A stretch of 64,000 bases of DNA, from assembly GCF_026210795.1 (NCBI RefSeq), contig NC_089431.1, positions 3,906,001 through 3,970,000 of the forward strand, written 5' to 3'. The notes below the pieces were generated by a model. That model saw only the letters and a program-made list of their open reading frames with translations, searched no databases and was not told the origin of the DNA. Source of the DNA: Rhizophagus irregularis. Taxonomy: Eukaryota. The first letter of the stretch is position 1, and each line of letters opens with the position of its first letter. The translations under genes and the position numbers were made by a program. Positions 12,140-25,239 of this stretch are shown in pieces.

Positions 12140-12868
12140 ATAGAATTCCTTGCAAAACTGACAATGCATATTATTAATCAATTTCAAACAGAAGACCTAA
12201 ATCGAGTCAAAGATCAAAGACCAGATCCATGTTATATATGCAACGGTCCAATATGACCGTCTTGCCGCTCAACCACGCCTGTATAATAATAAACTATACT
12301 CATGTCAATGAACGTGGTTGAGCGGCAAAACGCTCAGCGGACACACCCATCATACTATTTGTACATATACTCTGAAGGGTTCGTTTTGTCCATTTCCTAA
12401 TTGCAGAGAAGATATAAGAATGTTTATTGTGGATCACTGTAGCATACAAGAGTCCAGTACAATTTCAGATGAAGCTGACAAAAAAATTAGTCTTCGGAGG
12501 GCCTACCGTTGAAAGTGAAAGCGTTTTTGAATCAGTTGGAGAGTAAAGGTCCAAATCTTGAGTTAACGGAAATAGAAGAAGACGTGGAGACGGATTGTAT
12601 CACAAATTCACTTCGTGAACAGAGCTCAGATGCATCCAAGTATCGCATCTTGAATAAGAAAATAGATCGAGCTGAAGCTTACTCAAAAAACAAAGGACGT
12701 GAAGTTATGTCTACGAGGCTCGAGGAATTAAAGAAAATACATCAAACCAAAAGTTCACGTAACATTTTTAGCAGGGAGATTAAAAAGAAGCTAAATGATG
12801 TCTCTCCGAGTGTCATTAAAATGAGAATTAGGACCGCAAGAAACATGCGAAATTTTTTCTGTAGTTGA
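12140..12868 (+). pseudogene. RING-finger-like / helical-domain family pseudogene
   Basis: CYIC...GHTHHTIC...CPFPNC Zn-ligand pattern followed by a basic helical region (LEELKKIH...REIKKKL...RTARNMRNFF); frameshifted and interrupted by a hairpin insertion. Confidence 0.55.
12254..12336. repeat. 83-bp hairpin / mini-MITE with 24-bp arms, TG...CA ends
   Basis: TGACCGTCTTGCCGCTCAACCACG ... CGTGGTTGAGCGGCAAAACGCTCA (2 mismatches), AT-rich 35-nt loop. Confidence 0.8.
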
Positions 12869-13841
12869 AATAAATAAAAAAAATGATTTTTTTTTTTAAT
12901 GAAACTGAATTGTATTTGCTGAAAATTTACTTGAATTTATACACTTTAATTTATAAAATATATATTTTTTTAATTTAAAGACTCACATTGCTCAATAGAT
13001 TCAACAAATTTCAAGTATTCACATCATTTTTTATTTTTAATATAAAAAAAAACAAAAAAACGCCATCTAACTTAAAAAACAGAGTATTTGAAAAAATTTT
13101 GTAATAATACTTCGAGTTTAACAATAAGTATTTAGTTTAAGAATTATTTTGTACAAATGAGGTGTTTCATTTGACCTGAAATTTTCAATTATGACCGATT
13201 TTAGGCGGCATTACTAGTTTGGCTAGAATTAAGAAAATTTTGACCGGAATTATATTCATGGATCGTTAATTTTAAAATCATTTATCTACACATATACACT
13301 AGTTCGTGTTTAATGCCTCAATTATAATATATCGATCATAGTAAAAAAAAACGGGTGTTACATATTCGCTTTACGTTTTCAAGGTGATGTATTTTATCTA
13401 ATTAATTTACATTGTTACCTCTCTTTTATTTTAGCTTTTCAACATGTTCTGTACTTAAATTGTACTTGTTGAATATCATACAATGTAAAATGCTAAAGCT
13501 TGCATTTTGTTGGATGCAAGGGTTTTATTGAAATTTTAAATCTTCTTATTTTACAATACAATTTTGAAGGATCGATGACAAAAAATAAATTGCTTCATAA
13601 TCTGATGACAAATTAGCTTTTAATTTCCTTGATCTTTTTAATATGATTACAAAAAAAAGAATAATCAAACAGAAAACTCTTATTTATGACTATTTTAGAT
13701 TAAAGAGAATATAAATCAATTGGTAATGTTATAGCCACGATAACAGATATTTAATTTTACACAATAAATATAACCTTAAAATTTAATAAAATGAAATTAC
13801 AGTACCTTGATAAATTTGCTTCAAATTTGAAAAATATTAAA

Positions 13842-15321
13842 TTAACTTTTTTTTATAATTTGAAAGACTTCATATTCCTCCGCAAAGAACCTATCTTCAA
13901 TTTTTCTGATTCGCTTTTTGTAAGAACATTTTTTACTATAACTCTTATCGCGATCCCTTATAGTAAGGTCATCACCTTGTTTGCCAAATAATGGACCGCA
14001 ATTACGTGCATTAAATATAGCAGATTGTTCATCCTTCACACGACTTAAAATATGTTTTTCGATACTATCAACACTCTCAAAAGAGAATATAAAACTATCC
14101 TTAGTAACGCTATAACTACATTCAGATTTCCACTCAATTGGATTATAACCTCCAAGAATTTCGTTGCTGTCATTCACTTTAATGACCGATACAGTGCGAG
14201 ATTGGCCATCACAGATCTCATGGAATTTACTTGGTGCAAAGCCATCACGAGTTCCACGAAGTATTAATTTGAATTCATATGAAGATGTCAACTTATCTGT
14301 AATACTTAATTTATCAATCCATTTCAAGATTAATTCAGCATGTTTAAATGTAATGATATTTGAATCAACATTTATTGATTTACGAGGTTTTGATTTAATA
14401 ATTGACATGCTATCAGGATGTAAGTTTAGTAAGGTACTTAATAAATCCACATATAATTCTTTAGGCAATATATCCCTATAAGGAATTACTGTGTCTGAAA
14501 TTTCCTTAGAAGTTAAATTATAGAATCTAATAAAAGGAATACAATGTTGTAAAGTATTCTTTAATACATTGAAATCGTCTTTTGACAAACTTGCAGGATC
14601 AGAGGAAAGTTCAGGATTTTGAGCATGTCCCCATTTAAGAACATTTTCCCAAACTTGAACTTCACTCATTTGAAGATTTTCATTTTGAATGAGCGAAATC
14701 AAAATTTTTTCTGAAATTAAAGAATAATTTGATGAATTAAATATCTTTTCTGGCTCTTTGGAAATTAAATCAGTACAATATTTTTGAAGTTCCAAGAAAG
14801 AATCATTTACGAAACTCGTTTGATAAATAAAATTAAAATTCTGCTCCATCCAATTGGCATTATTTTTAATCAAAGTTAATTGTAAATATTCAACTAATTC
14901 TTGAAGATTAAGTTCATTGGCGGCAATCAAGATTTTAATGATATCTGAAGTATCATATTTTCCTATCGAAAGACTTCCTCCGTAAATATATCTGAATCAA
15001 ATTATAAAATTATATAGTATTTATTATAATAAAATAATAATTTAATTCTTGCTTCTTTTCTTACCTTAAGATTGCTTGAAAAATTTCAGGTAAAATATTT
15101 GGTAATTTAATATGTGTTAAAATTCCATCATTCTTCTTTTTATTTGTTGACAAAATTCTTCGCAAATAAGGAGAACGATAATTTAAAATAACCATATGAG
15201 CTCGAAATATTTTTACGCTAGGGTCATTACCAACTTCAATTGTAATATCATAATATTCTTCATCGTTCAAGATTTCAAGTAAATTTTGTGATAATTTCGA
15301 TAAAAATTTATTATCACTCAT
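13842..15321 (-). CDS. BTB/POZ-BACK-TLDc protein, copy 3 (subtype B), exons 15321-15065 and 14991-13842, ~468 aa
   Basis: Family motifs; GT-AG intron 14992-15064; in-frame splice (1407 nt). Confidence 0.9.
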
Positions 15322-15747
15322 TTTAATTAATTTTTTTTCTTTCTATGAAAAAAGAAACTTTACATAAGCTAATTTTGTAATTGGATTAACCTTAAATATT
15401 TGATTTCTGAATCGGGAAATCAAGAATTACAATCGTTACATTGCTAGTATAATTTTGGTTAATGTGTACAGTGATCTATCGATATAATAATTTAATAATA
15501 TTAGTGATACTTGTAAATTATAATTTTTCGTATTCGACACATTCCTTTCAGCTTTCACTTTTCCCGAATTTATTTTTAAAGATATGATGTAATTCATTTA
15601 CTATATTATGTAAAAGATGTCATGGCATATTTTTTATATTTTTTATTTTTCTAATTTTTATTTTGATTACAATTTTAATGATGCAGGAAAAAAACAAATA
15701 ATAACTCCATGGAATCTGATAAATTTGTGACAAATTCTTAAAGTTTG

Positions 15748-17246
15748 TTAACCGTCCATTTCTTTAATAATTTGAAAAACTTCATATTCCTCTACGGAAA
15801 ACGTATTTTCGGTTTTTCTTATTCGTTTTTTATAAGAATTTTTTCTACAATAACTCTTTTCATAAAAATTATCACCAAATATAGCAAGATCATAACCATG
15901 ATTACCAAATAATGGACCGCAATTACGTGCATTAAATATAGCATGTTGTTCATTCTTCACACAACTTAAAATATGTTTTTCGACGCTATCAACACTCTCA
16001 AAAGAGAATATAAAACTATTATTAGTAACGCCATAAACACGTTCGTCATGCTTCCATTCAATTGGATTATAACCCCCAAGAATTTCGTTACTATTCTTCA
16101 CTTTAATGACCGATACTGTACAAGACTGGCCATCACAGATCTCATGGAATTTACTAGGTGAAAACCCATCACGAGACCCACGAAGTATTAATTTGAATTT
16201 ATATGAAGATGTTAACTTATCTGTAGTACTTAACTTGTCAATCCACTTCGAGATTATTTCCGCGTGTTTAAATGTAATGATATTTGAATCGACATTTTTT
16301 AATTTTCGAGGTTTTAATTTAGCGATTGGCATGCTATCAGGATGTAATAGACTTAAAAAAGTTTTAAATAAATCCACAAATAATTCCTCCGGTAGAATTT
16401 CCCTATAAGGTATTACCGAATCTAAAATTTCTTTTGAAGTTAAATTATAAAATCTAATAAAAGGAATGCAATGTTGTAAAGTATTCTTTAATATACTGAA
16501 ATCATCTTTTGATAATTTTGCAGGATCAGATGAAAGTTCAAGATTTTGAGCATGTCCCCAATTAAGAACATTTTCCCAAACTTGAACTTCGCTCATTTGG
16601 AGTTCATCACTTTGAATAAGAGAAATCAAAACTTTTTCTGAAATTGATGAGAAATTTAATGATTTGAAAATTTTGTCCGGTTCTTTGGATATTAAATCGG
16701 TACAATATTTTTGAAGATCCAGGAAAGAATTATTTTCAAAACTTGTTTGATAAATAAAATTAAAATTTTGCTCTATCCAGTCCGAATTATTTTCAATCAA
16801 AGAGGTTTGTAAATATTTAACTAATTCTTGAAGATTAAGCTCATTGGCAGCAACTAAGATTTTAATAATACCATCTAAAGTATCATATTCTTCAAAAAGA
16901 AATTTTCCTCCATAAATATACCTAAATAAAAAAATTTTTTTAATAATCAAATTAATAAAAGCAAGATAATAATAATTTAAGTTTCTAACCTTAAAATTGA
17001 TTGAAAAATTTCTGGTGAAATAGTTGGTAATTTAATATGTGATAAAGTTCCATCATTTTTCCTTTCATTTTTTGATAAAATTCTTCGTAAATAAGAAGAA
17101 CGATAGTTTAAAATAACCATATGAGCTCGAAATATTTTCACGTTAGGATCACTACCAACTTCAATTGTAATATCATAATATTCTTCATCGTTCAAAATTT
17201 CAAGTAAATTTTGGGATAATTCTGATAAAAATTTATTATCGCTCAT
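15748..17246 (-). CDS. BTB/POZ-BACK-TLDc protein, copy 4 (subtype C), exons 17246-16990 and 16921-15748, ~476 aa
   Basis: Family motifs; GT-AG intron 16922-16989; in-frame splice (1431 nt). Confidence 0.9.
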
Positions 17247-18035
17247 TGTAAAATTTTTTTTTATAAAAAAAATTCTAAAAGTGCTAATCATGTGATTGGT
17301 AAACTTTAAATATTTGTTTTCTGAATCGGGAAATCAAGAATTGGCAAATCATTATTTGTTAATTCTGGTCGGTAATACTAAATTACTATAATTGGAAAAA
17401 GAAATTAGTCACCTTTGCGGCCAACATTCATAATTCATTGCAGTAAAAATAATTTAAGAGTGATAGCCTATTTATAAATTATAATTTTGCATGTATTCGA
17501 CACATTTCTTTACATATCGCAAACTTAATATGATTTATTCCCATTTAGGTAAGCACGTGTTATACTTGTAATATTAAAATAGTAAAGTAATAAAGCTTAC
17601 TACGTTATTTGATTTTGTCGAAGATCCCAAATAAAAAAATGTAATATAATTCGATGGCGAATAATTTGATTTTTAATTATTTGATCATTTTTATAAAAAT
17701 TACACAATATATAACGGCAAATTCTTTTATCTCTGGTTATATTAGAGAGAATATGAAACTACCATTGTAACCAAATTTTTATATTGAAAAATATCTTCCG
17801 AAAATTCTGCTTTTGATGATCACAAATTTCGAACGATCATGAGATCGAAGAATAATACCCAACTAATTTAAAATTGAACAAATAATGCCGATTTACAGTA
17901 CAATATATTATTAAATAAGTTCATTTTTTAGGTCATTATAAATATATCTTTAATTTATTTTTACAATTTCTATATTACAAATGAATATTTCCAATCTGGT
18001 AATTTGTGACAAACTCTTGGAAGAATGTTAACCGT

Positions 18036-19537
18036 CTATTTTTTAATAATTTGAAAAACTTCATATTCCTCCACAGAAAACCGATTTTCGGTTTTTCTTA
18101 TTGGTTCATAAGAACGTTTTCTACAATAACTCTTTTCATAAAAATCATCACCATATATGGCAAGGTCTTCACCATATTCACCAAATAATGGACCGCAATT
18201 ACGTACATTAAATATAGCATATTGTTCATTCTTCACACGACTTAATATATGTTTTTCGACGCTATCAACACTCTCAAAAGAGAATATAAAACTATTATTA
18301 GTAACGCCATAAACACGTTCGTCATGTTTCCATTCAATTGGATTATAGCCTCCAAGAATTTCGTTACTATTCTTCACTTTAATGACCGATACAGTGCGAG
18401 ATTGGTCATCACAAATCTCATGGAATTTACTAGGTGAAAACCCATCACGAGAACCACGAAGTATTAATTTGAATTCATACGAAGAAGTCAACTTATCTGT
18501 AGTACTTAATTTGTCAACCCATTTCGAGATTAATTCAGCATGTTGAAACGTAATGACTTTTGAATCAACATTTTTTTGTTTGTGAAAATTACGAGGTTTC
18601 AATTTATCGATTGGCTTGCTGTCAGGATGTAAACTTAAATAAGTTCTAAATAAATCCACAAATAATTCCTCCGGTAGAATTTCCCTATAAGGTATTACCG
18701 AATCTAAAATTTCTTTTGAAGTTAAATTATAAAATCTAATAAAAGGAATGCAATGTTGTAAAGTATTCTTCAATACACTAATATCATCTTTTGACAATCT
18801 TGTAGGATCAGAAGAAAGTTCAGGGTGTTGAGCATGTCCCCATTTAAGAACATTTTCCCAAACTTGAATTTCATTCATTTGAAGATTATCACTTTGAATA
18901 AGAGAAATCAAAATTTTTTCTGAAATTGATGAAAAATTTAATGATTTGAAAATTTTGTCTGGCTCTTTGGATATTAAATCGGTACAATATTTTTGAAGTT
19001 CCAAGAAAGAATTATTTTCATTATTTTCAAAGCTTGTTTGATAAATAAAATTAAAATTTTTCTCTATCCAGTCTGAATTATTTTCAATCAAAGAAGTTTG
19101 TAAATATTTAACTAATTCTTGAAGGTTAAGCTCATTGGCAGCAACTAAGATTTTAATAATATCTGAAGTATCATATTCTCCAAAAAGAAATTTTCCTCCA
19201 TAAATATACCTAAATAAAATTTTTTTTTTTAATAATCAAATTAATTAAAATAAGATAATAATAATTGAACAATTACTAACCTTAAAATTGCTTGAAAAAT
19301 TTCCGGTGAAATATTTGGTAATTTAATATGTATTAAAGCTTCATCATTTTTCTTTTTATTTGTTGATAAAATTCTTCGCAGATAAGAAGAACGATAGTTT
19401 AAAATAACCATATGAGCTCGAAATATTTTTACATCTGGGTCATTACCAACTTCAATTGTAATATCATAATATTCTTCATCGTTCAAAATTTCGAGTAAAT
19501 TTTGGGATAATTCTGATAAAAATTTATTGTCACCCAT
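18036..19537 (-). CDS. BTB/POZ-BACK-TLDc protein, copy 5 (subtype C with subtype A patch), exons 19537-19281 and 19209-18036, ~476 aa
   Basis: Family motifs; GT-AG intron 19210-19280; in-frame splice (1431 nt). Confidence 0.9.
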
Positions 19538-19914
19538 TATAATTAATATAATTAATTTTTTTAAGAAAAAGAAATTTTCAAAAGAATTTATGATTGGATC
19601 ACCTTAAATATTTGTTTCTAAATTTGGAAAACAAGGATTACAAATCGTTACAAATCATTTTTGTTTAATTCTAGTCAGTAACATTAAATTACTATAATTA
19701 GTAAAGGAGAATTAAGAATTATTATAATCAGCTACAATTTGTGGTTGCAATTCAATAAAATACTATCGTAATATTTTTAGTAATAAGCATATAAAAATTG
19801 ACATGTATTGTACTTGTTGAATAACTTACATTGTAAAATGCTAAAACTCACATTTTTCTGAAGTATGAGTTTATTGAAATTTTAAAACTTTTATTTCGCT
19901 GAAATTTTGAAGAA

Positions 19915-21319
19915 TCTATCTAATTAAAAAAATGTTTGTGTGAGAATTACTGATCCAGATTCTTTATAATTAAGACCCGCTTGATCGGCAAGTCATGTTG
20001 TACCATCTAATCCAATTCCGGTTAATGAAATTTTAACCGATCTAAATTTTTTCGGTTCCCCTTTTTTTTTAATTTTCATTTTTTTTTCTTGAACCGATCT
20101 TTTACAAATGGTTCTTTCTTTTTTTTCAAATTTCTCTTTTCTCTTTCGAAACACTTCCTTTTTTTTCTTTTTTTAAAAAATTTTTCATTTTTTTCCCTCT
20201 TTCTTTTTTTGTTTTTTTTTCATTCTTTTACCCATTTAGATTTTGTTTTTTTTCCAAAACCGAAAAATTATTATTATTTTTTTTTTATTAAATAATCTTT
20301 TAAGACTTATATTATTTTTTTTCAGTCTTTTTTTTCTAGACCATAATTATTATTATTTTTTTTGAATTTTTTTTTCGGTCTTTTTGGACCCTTTTTTTTT
20401 AAAAAAAACCGATTTCTTTCGTTATCCTTTTTCTTTCCCCCAAATTTTTTTTTCTTTTTCTTTTGAATTTTTTTTTTCTCCGGTTGGCTTTTTTTCCAAT
20501 CCGAAATTTTTTTTCCCCTTTTCCTCTTTCGGTTTGACTTTTTTTCTTTCAAACCGAATTTTTTTTTTCCCAAATACATTCTTTCACCATTTAGGTTTGG
20601 ATCGATGTTGCGGCGCCACGGAAATTGCCTTTTTTCCCGATTCTTATTATTAATAATAATATTATTTTGTATCAAGCTCAATAATAGACTAACATAATTA
20701 GTACTTATTTATTTATTTTTTGTAACAATAGATCGTTATAATTAATTTTTCTGGGAATTTTTTTTTTCATAACAATAGATTGTTATATTAATTTTTCTAG
20801 GAATTTTTTTTTTCATATTAATTAGTGAGATATTTTCTTTTTTATAACAATAGATTGCTATAATGAATTTCTATGAGATATGGTAACAATATATATGTAT
20901 ATTTTTTCAACAGAGGATGTAATTTTTTTTAAATTTTTTAAGATAAAAAAAAAAGGATTTTTTTTTGTAACAATGTAACAATAAACTAGTACTTATACAA
21001 AATTGATTTTGTAATGAATTTATAAATTTCACAGTACTACAACATTTGTTTCGTGTGATAAATAAAATTTTCATTTAATAATAATATTTCATATAGTATT
21101 GTATAACACTTGCACGCAATTCATTATTATTTGTATAATCATATAAATTGTGTAATTTATTACATTTATTTCCTACTAATGCCATTATTATAATAATAAA
21201 AAACTAGACCTATTCACACTGCATGGCAAATAAAATATCAGTGTGTTATTAACTTATTATTACTCTCTTACTTGATGGGCAAGTATCATCTCCGGCGCAA
21301 CGCGACGGCTTATGCCTAA
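19915..21319 (+). mobile_element. Non-autonomous Helitron-like insertion (~1.4 kb)
   Basis: Starts A|TCTATCTAATT; ends with GC hairpin CCGGCGCAACGCGACGG (21292-21308) followed by CTAA (degenerate CTAG). Flanks 19800-19914 and 21320-21420 match the paralogous region 13455-13740, which lacks the insert. Confidence 0.7.
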
Positions 21320-21582
21320 CATGATTTCAAAAAAAAAAACAATAAAACGGAAAATTCTTATCTATGACTATTTAAATTAAAGAGAATATAAACCATTACT
21401 ATTGGTAACGTCATAGTAGCTAACGATCAGATTTCAATTTGGTTGAATTGTCTCTATAAATTTTTATCTTTGAAAACAAAGAATTAATAAATAAGTACAT
21501 AATTAATTATACACAATTTTTGAAACTAAAATTTAAAGATGTAAAAAAATGAAAATAAATTTGCTACAAATATTGATGAATA

Positions 21583-23045
21583 TTAACCTTTTTTCATAAT
21601 TTGAAAGACTTCATATTCTTTTGCAAAGAACCTATCTTCAATTTTTCTGATTCGCTTTTTGTAAGAACGTTTGTTACTATAACTCTTATCGAGACCCTTT
21701 ATAGTAAGGTCATCACCATATTCACCAAATAATGGACCACAATCACGTAAATTAAATACAGCAAATTGTTCATTCTTCACATGACTCAAAATATGTTTTT
21801 CGATACTATCAACACTCTCAAAAGAGAAAATAAAACTATCATTAGTGACGCCATAACCACTCGATTGGATTATAACCTCCAAGAATTTCGTTACTATTCT
21901 TCACTTTAATGATCGATACAGTGCAAGATTTGCCATCACAGATCTCATGAAATTTACTAGGTGCAAAACCATCACGTGTTCCACGAAGTATTAATTTGAA
22001 TTCATATGAAGATGTCAACTTATCTGTAATACTTAATTTGTCAATCCATCTCGAGATTAATTCAGCATGTTTAAATGTAATGATATTTGAATCAACATTT
22101 ATTGATTTACGAGGTTTTGATTTAATAATTGACATGCTATCAGGATGTAAATTTAGTAAGGTTCTTAATACATCCACATACAATTCTTCAGGTAATATAT
22201 CCCTATAAGGAATTACTGTGTCTGAAATTTCCTTAGAAGTTAAATTATAGAATCTAATAAAAGGAATACAATGTTGTAAAGTATTCTTTAGTACATTGAA
22301 ATCATCTTTTGACAAACTTGCAGGATCAGAAGAAAGTTCAGGATTTTGAGCATGTCCCCATTTAAGAACATTTTTCCAAACTTGAACTTCACTCATTTGA
22401 AGATTTTTATTTTGAATGAGCGAAATCAAAATTTTTTCTGAAATTAAAGAGTAATTTGGCGAAATAAATATCTTGCCTGGTTCTTTGGATATTAAATCAA
22501 TACAATATTTTCGAAGTTCCAAGAAAGAATCATTTATGAAACTCGTTTGATAAATAAGATTAAAATTCTGCTCCATCCAATTTGCATTATTTTCAATCAA
22601 AGATAATTGTAAATATTCAACTAATTCTTGAAGACTAAGTTCATTGGCGGCAATCAAGATTTTAATTATATCTGAAGTATCATATTTTCCTATCGAAAGA
22701 CTTCCTCCGTAAATATATCTGAAATAAATTATAAAAAATCAAATAGTATTTATTATAATAAAATAATAATTTAATTCTTGCTTCCTACCTTAAGATTGCT
22801 TGAAAAATTTCCGGTAAAATATTTGGTAATTTAATATGTGCTAAAGTTCCATCATTCTTCTTTTTATTTGTTGATAAAATTCTTCGCAAATGAGAAGAAC
22901 GATAATTCAAAATAACCATATGAGCTCGAAATATTTTTACGTCTGGGTCATTACCAACTTCAATTGTAATATCATAATATTCATCATCGTTCAAAATTTC
23001 AAGTAAATTTTGCGATAATTTCGATAAAAATTTATTATCAATCAT
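21583..23045 (-). pseudogene. BTB/POZ-BACK-TLDc copy 6 (subtype B), frameshifted inside TLDc
   Basis: Intron 22719-22788 intact; 14 nt shorter than copy 3 at ~21860 (after YNPIEW), shifting the frame. The rest of TLDc continues in ORF 21583-21882. Confidence 0.85.
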
Positions 23046-23762
23046 TTTAATTAATTTTTTCTTTCTATGAAAAAAAAACTTTACATAAGCTAATTATGTG
23101 ATTGGATTATTTGTTTCTGAATCGGGAAATCAAGAATTATAATATTAGCTCTGGTCGGAAATATTAAATTACTATAGTTGGAAAAAAAAAATTAGTGTGA
23201 TTTTAATAGTTACGTACGATGATTTCATATTCATTAATATTCATTGCGATATCATACAATTGGATGATTAAACAACAAGCTGGAAACACAATATCAGAAA
23301 AGCAATAATGTCGTCATTTATTGATACTTTACATTTAAATTATAATTTTACACGTATTCGATACATTGACCTGAAAGAAAAAAACACACGTTAGTATAAC
23401 GTTCGTTAAAGAAATTAAGATCGATAATGACCATAAAAATTGTCTCGCCCAAAAAAGAATTTTATACATACTGATTTAACTCCTTAGATTTATTACGGGT
23501 CTTTTTACTTATTGTGAATTTATTTTTAAAATTAAAAGAATCAAATGATTTAATTCATTTACTATATTATCGTATACTGTATTTTTCACCCGCCTCTCAA
23601 TGATTATATTCATAAAAAAAAATTTAATATTGAAATCATGTAAAAAGATGTCATGGTATGTTTTTTTTTATTTTTCTAAACGCTATTTTGTTTATAAATT
23701 CAATGATCCATAAAAAAATACAATTGAAATCCGATAAATTTATGACAAATTCTTGAGGATTG

Positions 23763-25239
23763 TTAAGAACCTATTTCTTTTATAATTTGAAAAACTTCAT
23801 ATTCCTCTACAGAAAACATATCTTCAGTTTTTCTTATTCGTTTTTTATAAGAACGTTTTCTACAAAAGCTCTTATCATAAAAATTATCTCCCCATATAGC
23901 AAGGTCATCACCATCTTCACCAAATAATGGACCACAATTAGGTACATAAAATATAGCAGATCGTTCATCTTTTACACGACTTAAAATATGGTTTTCAATA
24001 TTAAAAGAAAATATAAAGCTATCCTTGGTAATGCCATAAATACGTTCGTCATGTTTCCATTCAATTGGATTATATCCTCCAAGAATTTCGTTACTATTCT
24101 TCACTTTAATAACTGTTACAGTGCGAGATTGACCATCACAGATCTCATGGAATTTATTAGATACAAATCCATCACGAGATCCACGAAGTATTAATTTAAA
24201 TTTATATGAAGTATTCAGCTTATCTGTAATATTTAATTTTTCAATCCATTTCGAGATTAATTCAGCATGTTGAAACGTAATGATATTTGAATCGACATTT
24301 TTTATTTTACGAGGTTGTGATTTAACAAAAGATACGCTATCAGGTTGTAAATTTAAAAAGGTTCTTAATAAATCCACATATAATTCTTCGGGTAAAATTT
24401 CCCTGTAAGGTATCACTATATCTGAAATTTCTTTAGAAGTTAAATTATAAAATCTAATAAAAGGAATACAATGTTGCAAAGTATTCTTTAATACACTGAA
24501 ATCATCTTTTGACAAATTTGCAGGATCAGAAGAGATTTCAGGATTTTGAGCATGTCCCCATTTAAGAACATTTTTCCAAAGTTGAATTTCACTCATTTGA
24601 AGATTGTCACTTTGAATAAGAGTAATCAAAACTTTTTCTGAAATTGATGAGAAATTTAATGATTTGAAAATCTTGTCCGGTTCTTTGGATATTAAATCAG
24701 TGCAATATTTTTGAAGTTCCAAAAAATTATTTTTGAAACTCGTTTGATGAATAAAATTAAAATTTTGTTCTATCCAGCTCGCATTATTTTCAATCAAAGA
24801 GTTTTGTAAATATTTAACTAATTCTTGAAGATTAAGTTCATTGGCAGCAACTAAGATTTTAATAATATCTAAAGTACCATATTCTTCAAAAAGAAATTTT
24901 CCTCCATAAATATACCTAAATAAAAAAATTTTTTTAATAATCAAATTAATTAAAATAAGATAATAATTTAACAATTTCTAACCTTAAAATTGATTGAAAA
25001 ATTTCCGGTGAAATATTTGGTAATTTAATATGTATTAAAGCTTCATTATTTTTCTTTTTATTTGTTGATAAAATTCTTCGTAAATAAGAAGAACGATAGT
25101 TTAAAATAACCATATGAGCTCGAAATATTTTCACGTTAGGATCATTACCAACTTCAATTGTAATATCATAATATTCTTCATCATTCAAAATTTCAAGTAA
25201 ATTTTGGGATAATTCTGATAAAAATTTATTATAACCCAT
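23763..25239 (-). CDS. BTB/POZ-BACK-TLDc protein, copy 7 (subtype C/A mosaic), exons 25239-24983 and 24915-23763, ~469 aa
   Basis: Family motifs; GT-AG intron 24916-24982; in-frame splice (1410 nt). Confidence 0.9.

Noticed and set aside
20089..20681. Lys/Phe-rich ORFs
   Set aside because: Low-complexity homopolymer-rich DNA inside a Helitron-like insert, possibly poor-quality consensus.
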